Assembly (NCBI RefSeq): GCF_000142905.1
Contig: NW_013657674.1
Location: 466,709 to 530,708 of the forward strand
Direction: 5' to 3'
Length of the DNA stretch: 64,000 nt
Origin: Thecamonas trahens ATCC 50062
Lineage: Eukaryota > Protista > Apusomonadida
Position numbers and translations under genes: made by a program. This document shows, piece after piece, positions 32,920-46,237 of this stretch. The notes beneath the pieces are model-generated. The model did not search any database, was not told where the DNA came from, and saw only the letters and a program-made list of their open reading frames with translations. How positions within the stretch are numbered: position 1 is the stretch's first letter; the number at the start of each line of letters is the position of its first letter.

Positions 32920-35900
32920 CGTGAGCTGACGTGAGCTGTCGCCGCTTGCTAGCCTGTGCTGGCCGCTGCAGCAGGCCAGTCACTGCGGGCGAGTCAGCAT
33001 TGCCCAACGCGCGGCGCGAGCTCGCTGCACGGCTGGTGTTCGTGAGATGGCTGGTGTTCGTGAGATGACCGATAGCGGTGCATCGTCGTCCACCACAAAC
33101 GAGTTGGGCGTGTGCGTGTTGCCCGGTCGCGCGCAGTACCGCATCGGCGACGCCTCGGCGTCTGCAGCTGCGACAGACGAAGCCACGGGTGACAGCAGCG
33201 ACGCTATGTACATCGCATGCTGGGTGGCCGTCGGCGCAGCGCCCGAGCCTGATCCGGCCACAAAGGCGAGGTCTGCTGACGTCGCCACCACCTCAGAACC
33301 CGAGCTCCCATCTGAGCACAGGTTATCATCGACGTCCGCCTCGTCGTCCATGAACGGATTCGCCGCCGGCTGCCGCATCGCCATTGTCTTCTGCACACTC
33401 GTCATCGACACTGACGGTAGAGACGACAGCGGCAGGTCCGACTCTGACTCCGAGCTAGAGTCCTGGCTGGCAACATGCACCACCTGTGGATCCTGCGCGA
33501 CGTCCATCGGTGCTGCCGTCGCTTCAGATGCTGCTGCTGCTGCTGGCGACGTGTCGGCCTTGAGCCTCGCCTCGGCCATCAACGACGCCGATCGCGCTTC
33601 CACTCTGTCCATCGTCGCCTGGTACAGCGTGTTGTACGCCTCGAGCGCACTCTTCGATGGCGTGGTGGCCGGCGCATGATAGTCCGCGCTCACACTGCCT
33701 GTAGCACTGCTCTTGCGCTTGCGCTTATCCTTGTTCTTGGTGCTCGTCACCTCGGACGCAATCTCGGCTGCTGCCGCAGTCCTGGGCTTGGGCTTGGCCG
33801 AGGCCGAGGCCGAGGCCACAGTCTTAGTCACGGCTTTGGTCTTAGTCTTGGGCTTGGCCTTAGGCTTAGGCTTGGGCTTGGGCTTGGACTTGGGCTTGGG
33901 CTTGGGCTTGGGCTTGGTCTTCGCCTTGGCCTTGGCCTTGCTCACCGGCTTTGCCACATTCGGCTTGGTCAAGATCGGCGCAGCTGGAATCCGCCCACCA
34001 AGATAGCGCGGCTCGTCCGCGGTTGTTGCACGTCCACCTTGTGGCGGCGTCATGAACGCGTCGTCGTCAGAGCCAGATCCGAGGATCGATGCACGCAGCG
34101 CAGCATCCTCAGGCGGCAGACTCTGTGCATACTCTTGTGAGAGTGCCATGTCGGCCGCGCACAGCTCGTCGAGCACCACGTTGACCTGCGCGCGCGAGCC
34201 CGAGTACTCAAAGCCAAACTCGGTCTCTTCGGCAATGAGCGCTTCGCGCGAGGCCGCAAGCGTGTCCATGGCATCACCACAGTCGTCGTCGTTGTCACCA
34301 CCCCGTCATCGTCGCTCCACCAGCCGTTGTTGCCAGCCTCGCTCCACCCGTCGTCAGACTTGTCGTCCTTGCCAGCCTTGCCCTCGTCCTCAGAGTTATC
34401 ATGCATCAGCGCATTGAGCTCCGGGTCGTTGCAGCACATGTCGGCAACGGCAGGCTCCGCCGGAGAAATCGGCGGCCGCGACGACTGCTGCGAGAGCGGC
34501 GGCGAGTCAATTCGCGTGGCGCGCCGCTTAGCAGGCGGCGCATCTTCCTCGGAGGCAGGGTGCAGTTTGGCGTCAAGTGCGTCGTCGATAGCGCGCATGG
34601 TGCGGACAAAGAGCATCCGCCGGTTCGAGGCGCCGACCTCAAAACCGTCGTCGGCAACGCTCTGTGCGAACGGCGCCGCGACCAGCGAGAGTTTGGGCAA
34701 CGGGACCGGCGATGGCGGCCCGCCGGCGGCGATGTCTATTTCAGCCGGCTGCACCGCCGGCGGCGGCGAGACTTCCATGTTTTCGGTGCCGGCGCCGATG
34801 TGGCAATGTCCATGCCGAGCGGCCGAGCTGGGCCTAGCAGCGGCGACGGGCGTGATCGCCCGTTGATGGCAAATCGCATTCGTTGTGCTGGGGTGAGCCC
34901 GATCGACGCGTCGGTGAAGAGCAGCGAGCGCGGGACACCAGATTTGCCTGCCGATCGCTTGCGCTTCTTGTTGCGAGCTGCGAGCGTCGACGGGTCTGGC
35001 GAGTCGACGTTGCCTGCGATGTTGACGAACCGGACTTGGGGCGTGATGTGGGGCGGGAGCATGCGCGGCGATCCGTTTGGCATGCAAAAGTTGGACGTCT
35101 TGAGCACGGTCCGGTACATGGCCTTGCGCTTGGACTCTGCCCTGTCATAGACCGACTTTTCGTGGCCGGCCATGAGCAGGGTGACGACACGGCCATCGCG
35201 TTTGCGGCCTGTCCGGCCTTGGCGCTGAACCATCCGTGAGACCGACGATGGCGAGTCGTAGCAGACAATAAGGTCGACCTCGCCGATGTCGAGGCCCTCT
35301 TCGCCGATCGAGGTCGAGACAAGCGTGGCGTAGCCGCCGGAGCGGAACTTGGCGATGATCTGCTGCTGCTCCTTCTGCGAGAGCCCTGCCTTGGCCTTGG
35401 CCCGCGACTTGCGTCGCTTCTTGCCCTTGCCGCGCTTTGAGGGCGTGTCCAGCTCAATAACGTCAGCCCCTCCGGCGCCGGCCGCCTGACCCACAAACCG
35501 CATCGGCTTGCACTGAGGCACCCGACTCGCAAGGACGTCGACAATGTGGTCGACCGAGTCGCGAAACGATGAGAAGACCATGATCCGCGTATCTGTGCCG
35601 GTGGCTCCGTTCTGTGCAAAGTGGGCAGAGACAACCCGCACAAGCTCGGTCATCTTGGGGTGCAGGATGCCGTCGCCCACAAACGAGCCTGCCAGTCGGA
35701 CTGTCTGCAGGACAGCTTGAGTGTTGGCGATGCGAAGTTTGGTCGCCGAGAGCTCGGCCTCGGCGTCGCCGGCCGCGCGCGCAGCCTCAAACTCGGCCAC
35801 CTCGTTGATAATCCGCGAGACAGCAGCGTGAAAAGTGGCAAACGAGTACTTGCTCAGCAAAGCGTAGACTTGGCTGAGGGTGAGTGCCAACGCAAACGAG

Positions 35901-37042
35901 CCCTCAATCACCACCCGGTCCTGCATGGACGCACTCCGGCCCGACTTCATCCGCCACTCGTTTCGGGCGTGGATGAGCTGGAACGAGGTGACCTTTGCAA
36001 TGTCGCGGACCCAGAAGGCGCGCTTCGATGCCAGCAAGTCCAACGCCTCCTTGCACGTCTTGCCAAACAGCGCCAGAGCCTGGTCGAGCTGGCGGGAGCT
36101 CGGCACCACCACGATGTCGTTCTTGCGCGAGTGGGTGTACTTGATCACGTCGAGCGCGTTGTTATCGCGCACCTCCATGTGGGCAATGTGCAGGTTGTCG
36201 ATCACACCCTGCACAGCCTTGATCGTCGAGCCGGGAGTGGCAGTCAGGGCGAGGACTCGGAACTGGGCGTGGGCGGCGGCAATGCCATTGACCGCCTGCA
36301 CGTACGCGTGGTTGCCGGTAGCACGGTGCGCCTCGTCCACGACCACGCACACAATGGTATGTGCGGGGCAGATACCGGTCCGGATGTCGTTGTTGAGACT
36401 CTGGGCCGTGCAGTAGAACACCCGCTTGGTCTTCCACAGCTCGGCCCGGACCGGAGGCGTGCACGCCGCGGTCATCTCGGCCGTCACAGACATCGGAATG
36501 CCCGCTAGCGCGTGGCACGCCCGAAGCTGCTGGAAGGTCAGTGGCCGCGTCGGCGAAATAAACACAATCCGCCCGCGCGGATACCAGTCAAAGTAGTTGC
36601 GCTGCACGACAGCAGCAATGAGAGTCTTTCCAAGGCCGGTCGGGAGGCAGACCAGCGTGTTGGCCAGCAGCGCGCGCTTGGCAATCACAAACTGGTAGTC
36701 GCGCTTCTCCACCTGTGCGGGATAGACCCAGACCTTGGCGGCTTCTTCATCGAGCACAGGCATCGGCTCACGCGGCGCCGCACTCGGCGCACGCTGCAGC
36801 CCTCGCTCCCGCCCGGCCAGCGCCTCCTGGTACCGACCGGCCGCAAACGCGCCGCCCACGCGCCGGCTCGTCGCCGCGCTTCCGTAGCCGCCGCTCCGGT
36901 AACCTGGCTCATACGGCGCTGGCCCACCAAAGAACCGCTCCGTCGTGGTCTTGGCCGGTCGCGGCGGCATGCCCGGTCTGCTCGGCCGCCACTCGCTCGG
37001 CTTGCTCGGCTTGCTCGGCTTGCTCGGCTGCTTACTCTGCAT
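32035..37042 (-). CDS. FANCM: FANCM DEAH helicase/translocase with C-terminal ERCC4-like and HhH domains; broken by -1 shifts at ~34781 and ~34302 and an in-frame TGA at 32980..32982; start may lie upstream (ATG 37351/37372)
   Basis: Helicase motifs RDYQF, LPTGLGKT, DEAHRATGN, LALTATPG, STSIGEEGLDIGEVD and QRQGRTGRKRDG. Downstream are FANCM-like motifs NPFMDDEADV, MYIASLLSP and NSFVVDDD, and the HhH motif LLGIPGVNPAAA. Confidence 0.88.
32860..32916. repeat. (ATC)n microsatellite encoding poly-Asp in FANCM
   Basis: Directly visible trinucleotide run. Confidence 0.95.
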
Positions 37043-37414
37043 GCTTGGTCTGCCGCCTCCTCCCGCCGTCGTCGCCAAACTCGCCGTGCTTGCCCTCGTC
37101 GCCAAACTCGCCGTGCTTGCCCTCTGTGCCGCCACCAAGCTGTCGACTCGTCCATGGCTTGCCTGGGGCGCGTCACTCTCGTGGTTGGCGCCCTGGGCAG
37201 AGTGGTGTGTGGCGCGGGCTCGGTGGTCGAAACTGCCCTCCTGCCCACACCGCTGCAATGCGACTTGGCGGGCCAAAAAAGGTCGTGGTTTGTGTGCCCT
37301 CTCCGGCTCGCCACCCGGCTCGCCAACAACGCCACCAGCCCCCACACCCATAACCAACCACACTCGACTCATTACACAGACTGGTGGCACTCGACCGAGT
37401 TGTCTGTGCTGCAG

Positions 37415-40400
37415 ATGTCAGCCGACCTTGTTGAGTGGATCTCGCTCCTCGCCAACTACTCGCTGGACCAATCAGACGTGGCCCAGTACCGCGAGGAGTT
37501 CCAGAGCATCGTGGCTCTCCAACTCGCGTGCCATCTGAGCCCGCAGGATGCGCACACGCTGCTCCTGCTGCTCACGCGGACGCTCGAGCGCGAGCCGCAT
37601 GTGGTATGGCACACCCGGGAAGACTCGATCCACGTGGTGGCGCTCGCCTTCTTTAAGTTCTTCCCCATGCTCGCGCCGTCACCGCAGGGCACGCCCGAAT
37701 GGCTCGTCCCGCACGCCGAGACTATGCTCGCGCTGCTGCTGGAGACGCTGGCCACCCGTGACCCGCATCTCCACACCAGCCTTGTGGCCAACCTCGTGGC
37801 GCTGCTGATGGAGCTGGTGTGTCTCCTGAGCGACCACGCTGTGGTGGGTGGTGAGCAGTGTCCCGACGACCCCTTCCTCGGCACCATCCTCGTCTACGGT
37901 GCAGACCTGGCGTTTGGCCTCGACAAGGATGCGCCACCGCCGCCCGCCTCGCGTCCGGCCTCGCTTGGGGCTTCGCCGGTCCAGCAAGGCGAATCGGCGC
38001 CACGGCAGACTCTGGATGTTGCGTCGTTCGACCAGATCCTGGCCTACATCTCGGGCCTGTTTGGCTTGCTAACGCCTGTCGCTGCCGCGGCATCCGGCAG
38101 TGTTGTCGACGCTCTGCTCCCCCTCCTCGAGCCGCTCCTTCTCGTCATCGCCTTTGTCCACGACGATACCCTTGTTGCCCGTGCCCTCCGGCTCGCCGCT
38201 GCGTACATTGCTTCGCTTGACACTGCGCCGCACGACACCCACGTCAAGCTCGTCGTCACTGCACTCGCGCTGGTCAAGCCCGACGCCGATTGCGCTGTCG
38301 GCAGCGACTCGCTTGTCGCGCTCCACCAGGTCATCGTCGCAGCCCTCCACCGCCCTGCCATTTGTCCGCTCCTTGTCTCACGTATGCCCGAGCTTGTCGC
38401 TGCCATCGGCCACCTGAGCGCATCTCTGTCCGGCGGAGGCAAAGAAGAGACCCAGCAACTGGTAGCGCTCCTTGCTGCCATCATCGAGCTGACAACCGGT
38501 ATGGTCGATGCCGGTGCGCAGTATGAGCTGCATGCCCAAACCCTAGTCCACTACGCCGAGACGCTTCCCAAGTCGCTCTTTCCCCTCCTTGGTGAGCCTC
38601 AGCTCGCCAAGCAGGCGTCCGGCCTCATCACCGCCCTCCTCTGCGGCTCTGAGTCGAGCGCCGCCAGGTATGCACGGCTCGAGCGCGATTGGCACATTGA
38701 CGCAGCTATCGCCGCCGAGCAAATGGTTGTGGGCTTCAGCCGAAGTGCTCAACAACCGGGGTTGGCGACCACAAAGCGGCGGCGGATCTCTTTTGAAGAC
38801 CACGACCGCTCGCTTGCGTCGGACACGCTCATTGCCGCCCGCGAGCGCAGCGCTGAGCCAGCTGCCTCGTCGGCGTCCGAGGACGACGTCAGTCTTGCGG
38901 CGCTCTCGCAGTCGCGCCGAGGCCGACGGGGCGGCCCCCACAAGCGGCGCGGCGGTCCGCCGCCGCACCAGGCTGGCATCGGCGTGCCGCCGCCATCGCG
39001 GGCGCCAGTCCATGCTGTCGCCTCGCTTCCGCGCTCGACTGCAGCGTCAGCTATAGTCGCCGGCCTCCTCGAGCTTGTCGAACAGGAGCTCGCCCGGTCA
39101 AACGACCTGAGTCTGGACGAGCGCGTGGCTGCGCTCCGCCGCGCCGCCAGTGTCTTTGGGCTGGTCGCGCTGTTTCCGTCGGCGCGCTGCCTGCGAATGT
39201 CGGCGTCTCTTCTCCTCGACTCGCCTGCGCACGCTATTCTGGTTCTTGGCCACTCGTGCGCGCTCAACGAGGTTGCGTCTTGCATCGAGTCGCTGTTCCC
39301 GTTTGTGGCGCTTGGCTCGCGAGCCGAGTTTGTCGATGCGTGCGCGCTCTTCACCGAGGCGGTTGTCTCGCTCGACGGCCCGACCCGGCCGGATGCTGCG
39401 CTTGCCGTCTACGCTGCACTCCCGCATGTCGGAGCGCAGCTGGAGGTCAAGCTCGACTTGTTTGCCACCGCGATCAAGTCGGACACACCACCAGAGACGG
39501 CGAGGCCGCTACTGAGGGCGCTCCCGCTCGTCATCACCTCGCTCCTTCGCAACGTCGACCACGATACGGCCCGAGTCCAGGTTGACGCGTTCCTCTTTCC
39601 GGCAGCTGCACTCCTGGCTTCGTCCAATGCAACGTCTGAGGACTTGCTCCTTGATCTTGGCCGCGCGCTCAGCGCTTCGCTCTGCATCTACGCCGCGAGC
39701 ACGCACGGGCGGGAGGTTGTCGCTGATGCCGTCGCTGAAGCGCCACTGGGTACGCCCGAATGCTCGGTGAGCGCCGCGCAGGTTTGTGCGCTTGCCAGCG
39801 CGCTAGTGCCCGACGATGCGGTGCTCGCCATCGCTCCGCCCGGCGCAGCCAACGCGCTCGGAGCAGCGTCGATGCTGTTTACCTCGGCAGCACGGAAAAC
39901 GTTCTCGCTCTACCCTGTTGCTGTTGCTCGGCTGGAGACGACGCACCGTGTTCCGTGCTTCTGGTGCCAGTCGGCAAACGCGGCAAGCAAGCCCGGCACG
40001 CTCACCTCGATCCGATTCCCGGAGCTCGAGCCTGCATTAGAGCGGATGGCGCGGGCCGAGTCGAGCAGGGTGCGGGAGCTTGCGCTGAGCACTCTCCTCC
40101 CAGCAGGGCTCTTCCACGCCATCAGCGATCGCGACACGCTCTCGCCGTCGCAGCCGGGTGCACCACAGTGGGCCTCGATGTGGCGGGTTGCGCTAGACTC
40201 GCTCACCACGCCAGACGCCCAGGGCCATGCTGTTGTCGGGGCCACCTGCCGGGCGGTGCTCTACCGAGCCAGCGCCGAGCTCTCTCCGGCCGACGCCGCC
40301 GAGCTGCTTGTCGAGCTCAAAGACGTGGCCGATGCGCACGAAGCCGCTGGCGACCTCGAGATGCAGCGAAGCGTGCTGCGTGCGCTCGGCGAACTGGGGA

Positions 40401-43400
40401 CGGTTGCCGAGCCGGCAGTGCTCGCGGTCATTGTGTTTGCGGTGATGGCACCGATGCTGCGGCCGCGGTCGCGGCACGATGATGTGCTGGCCGGTGATGG
40501 GCACTGGATCCTGAGCCAGATGCTGCGGTGCCGTGGCGAAGACTTTGGCTCACTGCTTGACCTGGTGGCGCCGCATCTCGCGCCGATTCTGGTAGCCAAG
40601 CTGGCCGACTCGAGCACTGAGCTCGGGTTTGTCATGCACCTCTTGTTTGGCACGCAGCTGGCGAGTTTTCTCCGCTCGACGCTGCGGTACTCGATCCCGG
40701 CCATTGTGCTTGCACAGTCGCGGGCGAACCTCGCGCAGCTTGCCAAACTGCTTGAGGCTGACCCCGCGAGGCTGCTGCTGATGGCGATTGATCACACTAT
40801 TGTCTACTTTCTCACCGAACGCAAGGACGCGTTCACGGCGGCGATGACCTTTTGCGTCGAGTACATCGATGTGCCGCCGCCCAAGCTGCTGCGAACGTCG
40901 ATGGTGGACGTGCTCAAGCTGCTGGTGCTCAAGCTGGGCAACGACGCGCAACAGCCGGCGGCCATTGCCGCGCTCAAGTTTCTGGCATACGTGGTAGATA
41001 AGGACGGACTGCGGCGTGAGCGCGCGCTCGAGTCGCAGCCGTCTTTCCGGTCGGTCGACCTCGGCAAGCTCCTCTCGCCGCACTTTCTGGGCATTCTCGA
41101 CACCGCCAACTCGGCGCTGGCAGCCGAGACGTCGACGACGTGGAACAAGCGCGAGGTGGTCGCTGCGCTTGCACGGCTCATCGAGTGCATGGACGTGCAC
41201 ATTGGACCGATGCGGCTGCAGCTTCTGGGGACGCTCTCGCGGGCCATGGAGCAGCCGGAGCTCGTGGCCGAGGCGTGCAAGGCGTGGAACGCGTTTCTCA
41301 ACGTGTACTCGGTCGAGGCCATGGGTGCCATGCTCACCTCGGTGGTGGTCATTCTGGCGGCGCATGCGCAGGCTGCGCCCAAGGCCGCGCTGCCGATTCT
41401 TCGGCGCATCTTTATGGACAACTCGGAGGCCATCGCACCGCTGCTCAAGGACCTTGTGCTAGTCATCGACGCGATGCTCGCTGCCAATGCGCACGAGATG
41501 GCGAACATGCTGCGGAAGCAGCTCGTCCAGCGCCCGTTGCAGGAGCTCATCAGCCTTGTGGTTCGCGGCCTCGGGCACGACTCGCCCAAGGTTCGGCTCA
41601 TGTCACTTGTCTTTCTCCGCAACAACGTGCTCCTCCTCAAGACCCGGCCCAAGGTCCGGTACATGGTGCTGGTGGCGTCGGGCACGCTCCCGCCGGCGCA
41701 GGTGGCCACGATGCTCGGACTGCAACAATCGATGACAAAGGAGAAGCTCGAAGAGCTGAGGCAGATCGCCGAGAATTCGGCCGACGTCGGCGCGCTCCTT
41801 CCCGCCCTCCTCGAGTGCTGTACCGAATCTGACGAGGCGAACCGGCGAGCCGCCGGCGAGGCTCTCGGCGCGCTTGGCGCCCTCGACCCGGCCCTTGTTG
41901 TCCGGCGGAACGGGCGGAGCGGGTCGGTCAAGGCCAGCTTTGCTTGCGACGAGCCGTCACTCATTGTGGAGCTCATCGAGACGCACCTCCTCCGGGCGCT
42001 GGCGCGGATGCAGGGTTCCGACGAGCAGGTCTTTGCCTCGTACACCATCCAGGAGCTGCTGAGCGTGGGCGGGTGCAACGCCGAGACGCCTGCGCGAGCC
42101 AAGGGCCTCCTCAACTGCGATACCATCCACCAGCAAGGCGTGGCGGTGTGGCGCAAGCTCTCGACGCGGGCGCGCGAGATTGTGCAACCGTTCCTCTCCA
42201 CCGGCTACACGGTCAGCCTTGTGGCGCCGATCGAGGGCGAGGTCTTTGTGGCGCTCGACGCCGACAAAGCGTCGTACGAGGGCTGGCTCTCGGGCTGGGC
42301 GTACCAGCTCACGTGCATGGCTGCTGGTGAGTCGGCGGAGCTCTTTCAGGCCTGCCGAGCGATTGTGCAGATCGATGTCAGCGTGGCACAGGTCCTCCTC
42401 CCACACCTTGTGCTCAACGTTGTGAGCATCATGCCCGAGAGCGGCGGCGGCGGGCGAGCCGGCTCGCGGACAGCAACCACGCCGATATACCTTGACGCGC
42501 TCGTTTCCGAGATTGTGGCGGTGCTCTCGGCCGGTTCCAGCCAGTCGGCCCGCAGGCTGCCGGCAAGCGTGGTCCAGCCTGCGATGCAGACCGTCTTTAC
42601 GCTCCTCAAGCAGCTCGAGGACTTGGTGGCGAGCGAGCGGCGGGCAGAAGCGGCGGCGCGGAAGCACAACGAGCGACGGTCGTCGCGGACGTCGCCGGCG
42701 CGGTCGCGGTCGCGGGCGCGCGGGCGCGGGGCGAGCGGGGTCGGGCGGCGACAAACGCCGCGGGCGCTTGCCGGCGTGACCAAGCTGCTGAAAGCCATTC
42801 CGCACTCGCTCCTCGCGCAGGCCTCGGTCCAGTGCGGAGCTCACGCGCGCGCGCTGTGGCACATGGAGGCGGCGTGTCGAAGCAAGCATGCGGTGATGGC
42901 CGAGGCCGAGGCCCAGCCGGGCTCTGTGGTGGCGCAGGCGGCCAAGGCGGCGCAGCTTGCGGCCAAGGTGCGTGGCGGGCCGGGCGGCCAGGGCGCAGCA
43001 GCGCTGCTTGCGACGGCGTCGTCCAACTCGACGATCAACCACGTGACGCCGATCCTGGCACGGCTTGTGCTGTCGAGCTCGGAGCTTGCGCTGATGCAAG
43101 AGGTGTTTGCGCGGGTTGGCGACCCGGACCTCAAGGTCGCGCTCTCGGCATTCCGCAAGTCGCTCTCGCTCGACGAGCAGATTCTGGAGCTGAAGAACAG
43201 CTCCAAGTGGGACGATGCGATCTCGTGCTACGAGCATGCTCGCGAGGTCGACCCGTCGAACGCCGAGTACGTCATCGGCCTGCTCGAGTGCCTACAGCAC
43301 ACGGGGCGGTGGGAGCTGATGCTCTCGCTGGTCAACGCGCACATCACATCGAAGCTTGTGACGACGACGGCGGACGCGGCAGCGTCAATAACCGAGTACG

Positions 43401-46188
43401 GCCTTCACGCCGCGTGGCGGCTGGGCAAGTGGGACATGCACGAGTTTTACGACTCAGTCCTTCCGGCCGGACTCGCGCGGCGGGGTGGCAGCATGGGAGG
43501 TGGAGCCGGCAAGCCGTCGTTTGAGATCCACGTCTCGAAGCTCTTGCTGCTAATGCGAGCGCAGGAGGCGGCGCCGTTTGCCGACGCGCTCGAGACAGCG
43601 CGCGCCGACGTGGCGGCTAGTCTGGCCATCGGCGTAGCTGACTCGTACTCGCGTGCGTACACCGAAATGGTCCAGCTCGGCCTCCTCATCGAGCTGGAAG
43701 AGGCGTTTGCCTTTCGCGGGCTAAGCGCCAACGCTGCCGAAGCGCGGAACCTGCTCGCCGAGTGGCAGTCGCGACTGGAGCTGCTCTCTGCCTCGACGGA
43801 AGCGCGTGCGCTGACGCTGCATGTGCGTGCATCGGCACTGCGCGTCCTCGGCTGGGCGCAGGACGAGGGCGCGGCGTGGGTGGTGCTTGCGGGCCTGTAC
43901 TGCGACTCGAAGCGGTTCCCTGCAGCGACGACATCGCTTCTTCGGGCGCAGGATCTGGGCCTCACTGTGTTTGTCGAGTCTGCCAAGGTCATGTGGGCGC
44001 GCGGCGAGCAGGAGGACGCACTGTCGTTCCTGGAGAAGGAGGCGGCGTTTGTGGAGGCGCGCGCGATTGAGCAGGCCGAGGAGCTCTCAACCGGAGCGTT
44101 GTCGGAAGTTTCGGCCCGGACCGGAGCCGGCGAAAGCGGCCGGCGCGGTGGCAACGGGGGAGCGCGGGCGACGGGCCAGAGAAGAAGCGTGCTGAGACGT
44201 TGCTGCTGATGGCACAGTGGATGGAGGCAACGAACAAGCTGTACAAGCGGACGATTCAGCGGTACACACAGGTGACCAAGACGTACCAAAAGTGGGAGGA
44301 AGGCTCGTTCTACCTCGGCCAGTACTACGATCGCCTCCTGCGCGAGTTCAAGAAGCAGTTTGTGCTCGCGGCGGAGCGGAAGAAGCGGCGACGGAAGGGT
44401 GGCAGCTCGGCAGGAGCGACGATGGCGACGAGCGCAGACATCCAGCACCCAGACTTTCTCACATACCTCCAGCAAGTGCTCAAGTACTACGGGCGGTCAC
44501 TGCTCTACGGGGCAGAGCACATTTTCCAGTCGCTGCCGCGGATCCTCACACTCTGGCTCGACTTTGGCATGGATGTGCACGCGGCTGGGCCGAGCGGCTC
44601 ACCGCGGTCCAAGGGCGGGAAAGGCAGCGCCGCGCGTGACGGCACGCCAGCAGAGACGTTGAAGCAGTGCAACAAGTTCATGTTGCAGCTGCTGAGCCGA
44701 ATGTACGAGCATCAGTGGCTGGTGGCGTTCTCGCAGGTCATCTCGCGCATCGCGCACCCTGTCAAGTCTGTGTACGAGGTCTTGGAGCAGATCATCCTGC
44801 ACGTCATGCGGGCGTTTCCGCAGCAGGTGCTGTGGAGGCTAGTGGCGGTGGCCAAGCTCAACGGCGTGCGGCGAGAGCGTGCGCTAGACTTGCTCAAAAA
44901 GGCGGAGCAGTTTGGCGGCGAGATGAAGCGGCTCATTGCCGAGTTCCGCGACGTGACCAACGCGTTCCTCGAGGTGTGCAACATAAGCTTGCCCAAGACA
45001 AAGTTCGAGATTACGGTCTCCAAGTCGCTTCCGCGGCTGAGGGAGATCATGCCGCTGAGCGTGGTCATTCCGCGGCAGGCAGCGCTCTCGGCATCGCCGC
45101 TGAGCGGGTCCGAGGCGCACTACGTCCCGTTTCCGGCAGACCTGCCGTGCATCGAGTCTGTGGCAGACAAGATCGAGGTCCTGCGATCGCTGGCCAGGCC
45201 GCGCAAAGTGACCATCCGCGGCTCGGATGGCAACTCGTACTTTTTCCTCTGCAAGCCCAGAGATGACCTGCGGCGCGATGAACGGGTCATGGAGGTCCAC
45301 ACCATGCTTAACAAGCTCATGAAGCGCGATGCCGAGTCGCGGCGGCGGCGGCTGCACATCCGCACTTATGCAGTCGTTCCGCTCAACGAGGACTGCGGCC
45401 TCATCGAGTGGGTGAACAACACAGTGCCGCTGCGGCCCATTCTCAACCGGTTCTACTCGGAAATTGGCGTGAACAATCTCTCGTCGTCGCTCCGGAATTG
45501 GTACAAGGAAGCGAGCGATGCCGGCGTCTCGCAGATCGACCTCTACGCTGACATCCTGCGCAAGCTCCCGCCGCAGCTGCACAAGTGGTTCCTGGCCGAG
45601 TTTGCCGAACCAACGGCGTGGTTGCAGGCGCGGACGGCATACTCGCGATCGCTGGCGGTCATGTCGATGGTGGGCGCAGCCATCGGGCTCGGCGACCGCC
45701 ACACCGAGAACATTCTGTTCGACTCGCAGAGCGGCGAGGTTGTCCACGTTGACTTTAACTGCATCTTCTGGAAGGGCAGCTCGTTTGAGACGCCTGAGCT
45801 GGTCCCCTTCCGGCTCACCCCCAACATTGTCGACGGCCTTGGCCTCACCGGATATGAGGGCCCGTTCCGGTCGGTCTGCGAGATTGTGCTCCAGCTGCTG
45901 CGCAACAACAAGGATGCGCTGCTTTCGGTGCTCGAGTCGTTTATCCACGACCCGCTCATCGAGTGGGCACGCGGCAAGTCGGCGGCGCGCGATGCCGCCG
46001 GCGGCGGCGGCGGCGCCAATCCGCACGCGCTCAAGGTCATCCGCCTCATCGAGCTCCACCTCGAGGGCCGCATGGTCGACGCCTCGTTCTGGATGTCGAC
46101 GCCGTCGCACGTCCAGCAGATGATCGACGAGGCGACATCCAAGACCAACCTGTCGGCCATGTTCATCGGCTGGGCTCCGGCGCTGTAG
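37415..46188 (+). CDS. ATR: ATR/Mec1/Rad3 PIKK kinase; one apparent -1 frame break at GGGGG 44156..44160
   Basis: HEAT/UME region, FAT region (CGAHARALWHME, HAAWRLGKWD, SYSRAY), kinase motifs FLCKPRDDLRRDERVME, GLGDRHTENILFD, VHVDFNCIF and PELVPFRLTPN, and FATC LSAMFIGWAPAL. Confidence 0.93.
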
Positions 46189-46237
46189 CGACGACCGTGG
46201 GTCGCAGGGTGTAAACCACGCAGACGTCGGAAACGTC

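Noticed and set aside
36512-37414. 300-aa N-terminal extension of ATR in the ORF track
   Set aside because: It is the antisense shadow of the FANCM 5' region. ATR-like sequence begins at ATG 37415.
44148-44179. 32-nt GT..AG micro-intron as the fix for the ATR frame break
   Set aside because: The donor GTGGCA does not match the GTA donors of the eight supported introns, and the length is far shorter than theirs. A single-base homopolymer correction is simpler, though the intron is not formally excluded.
44200-46188. Stand-alone PIKK kinase gene separate from the upstream HEAT protein
   Set aside because: The FAT domain is continuous across the break, and one added G at 44156..44160 fuses the two ORFs into a normal ATR.
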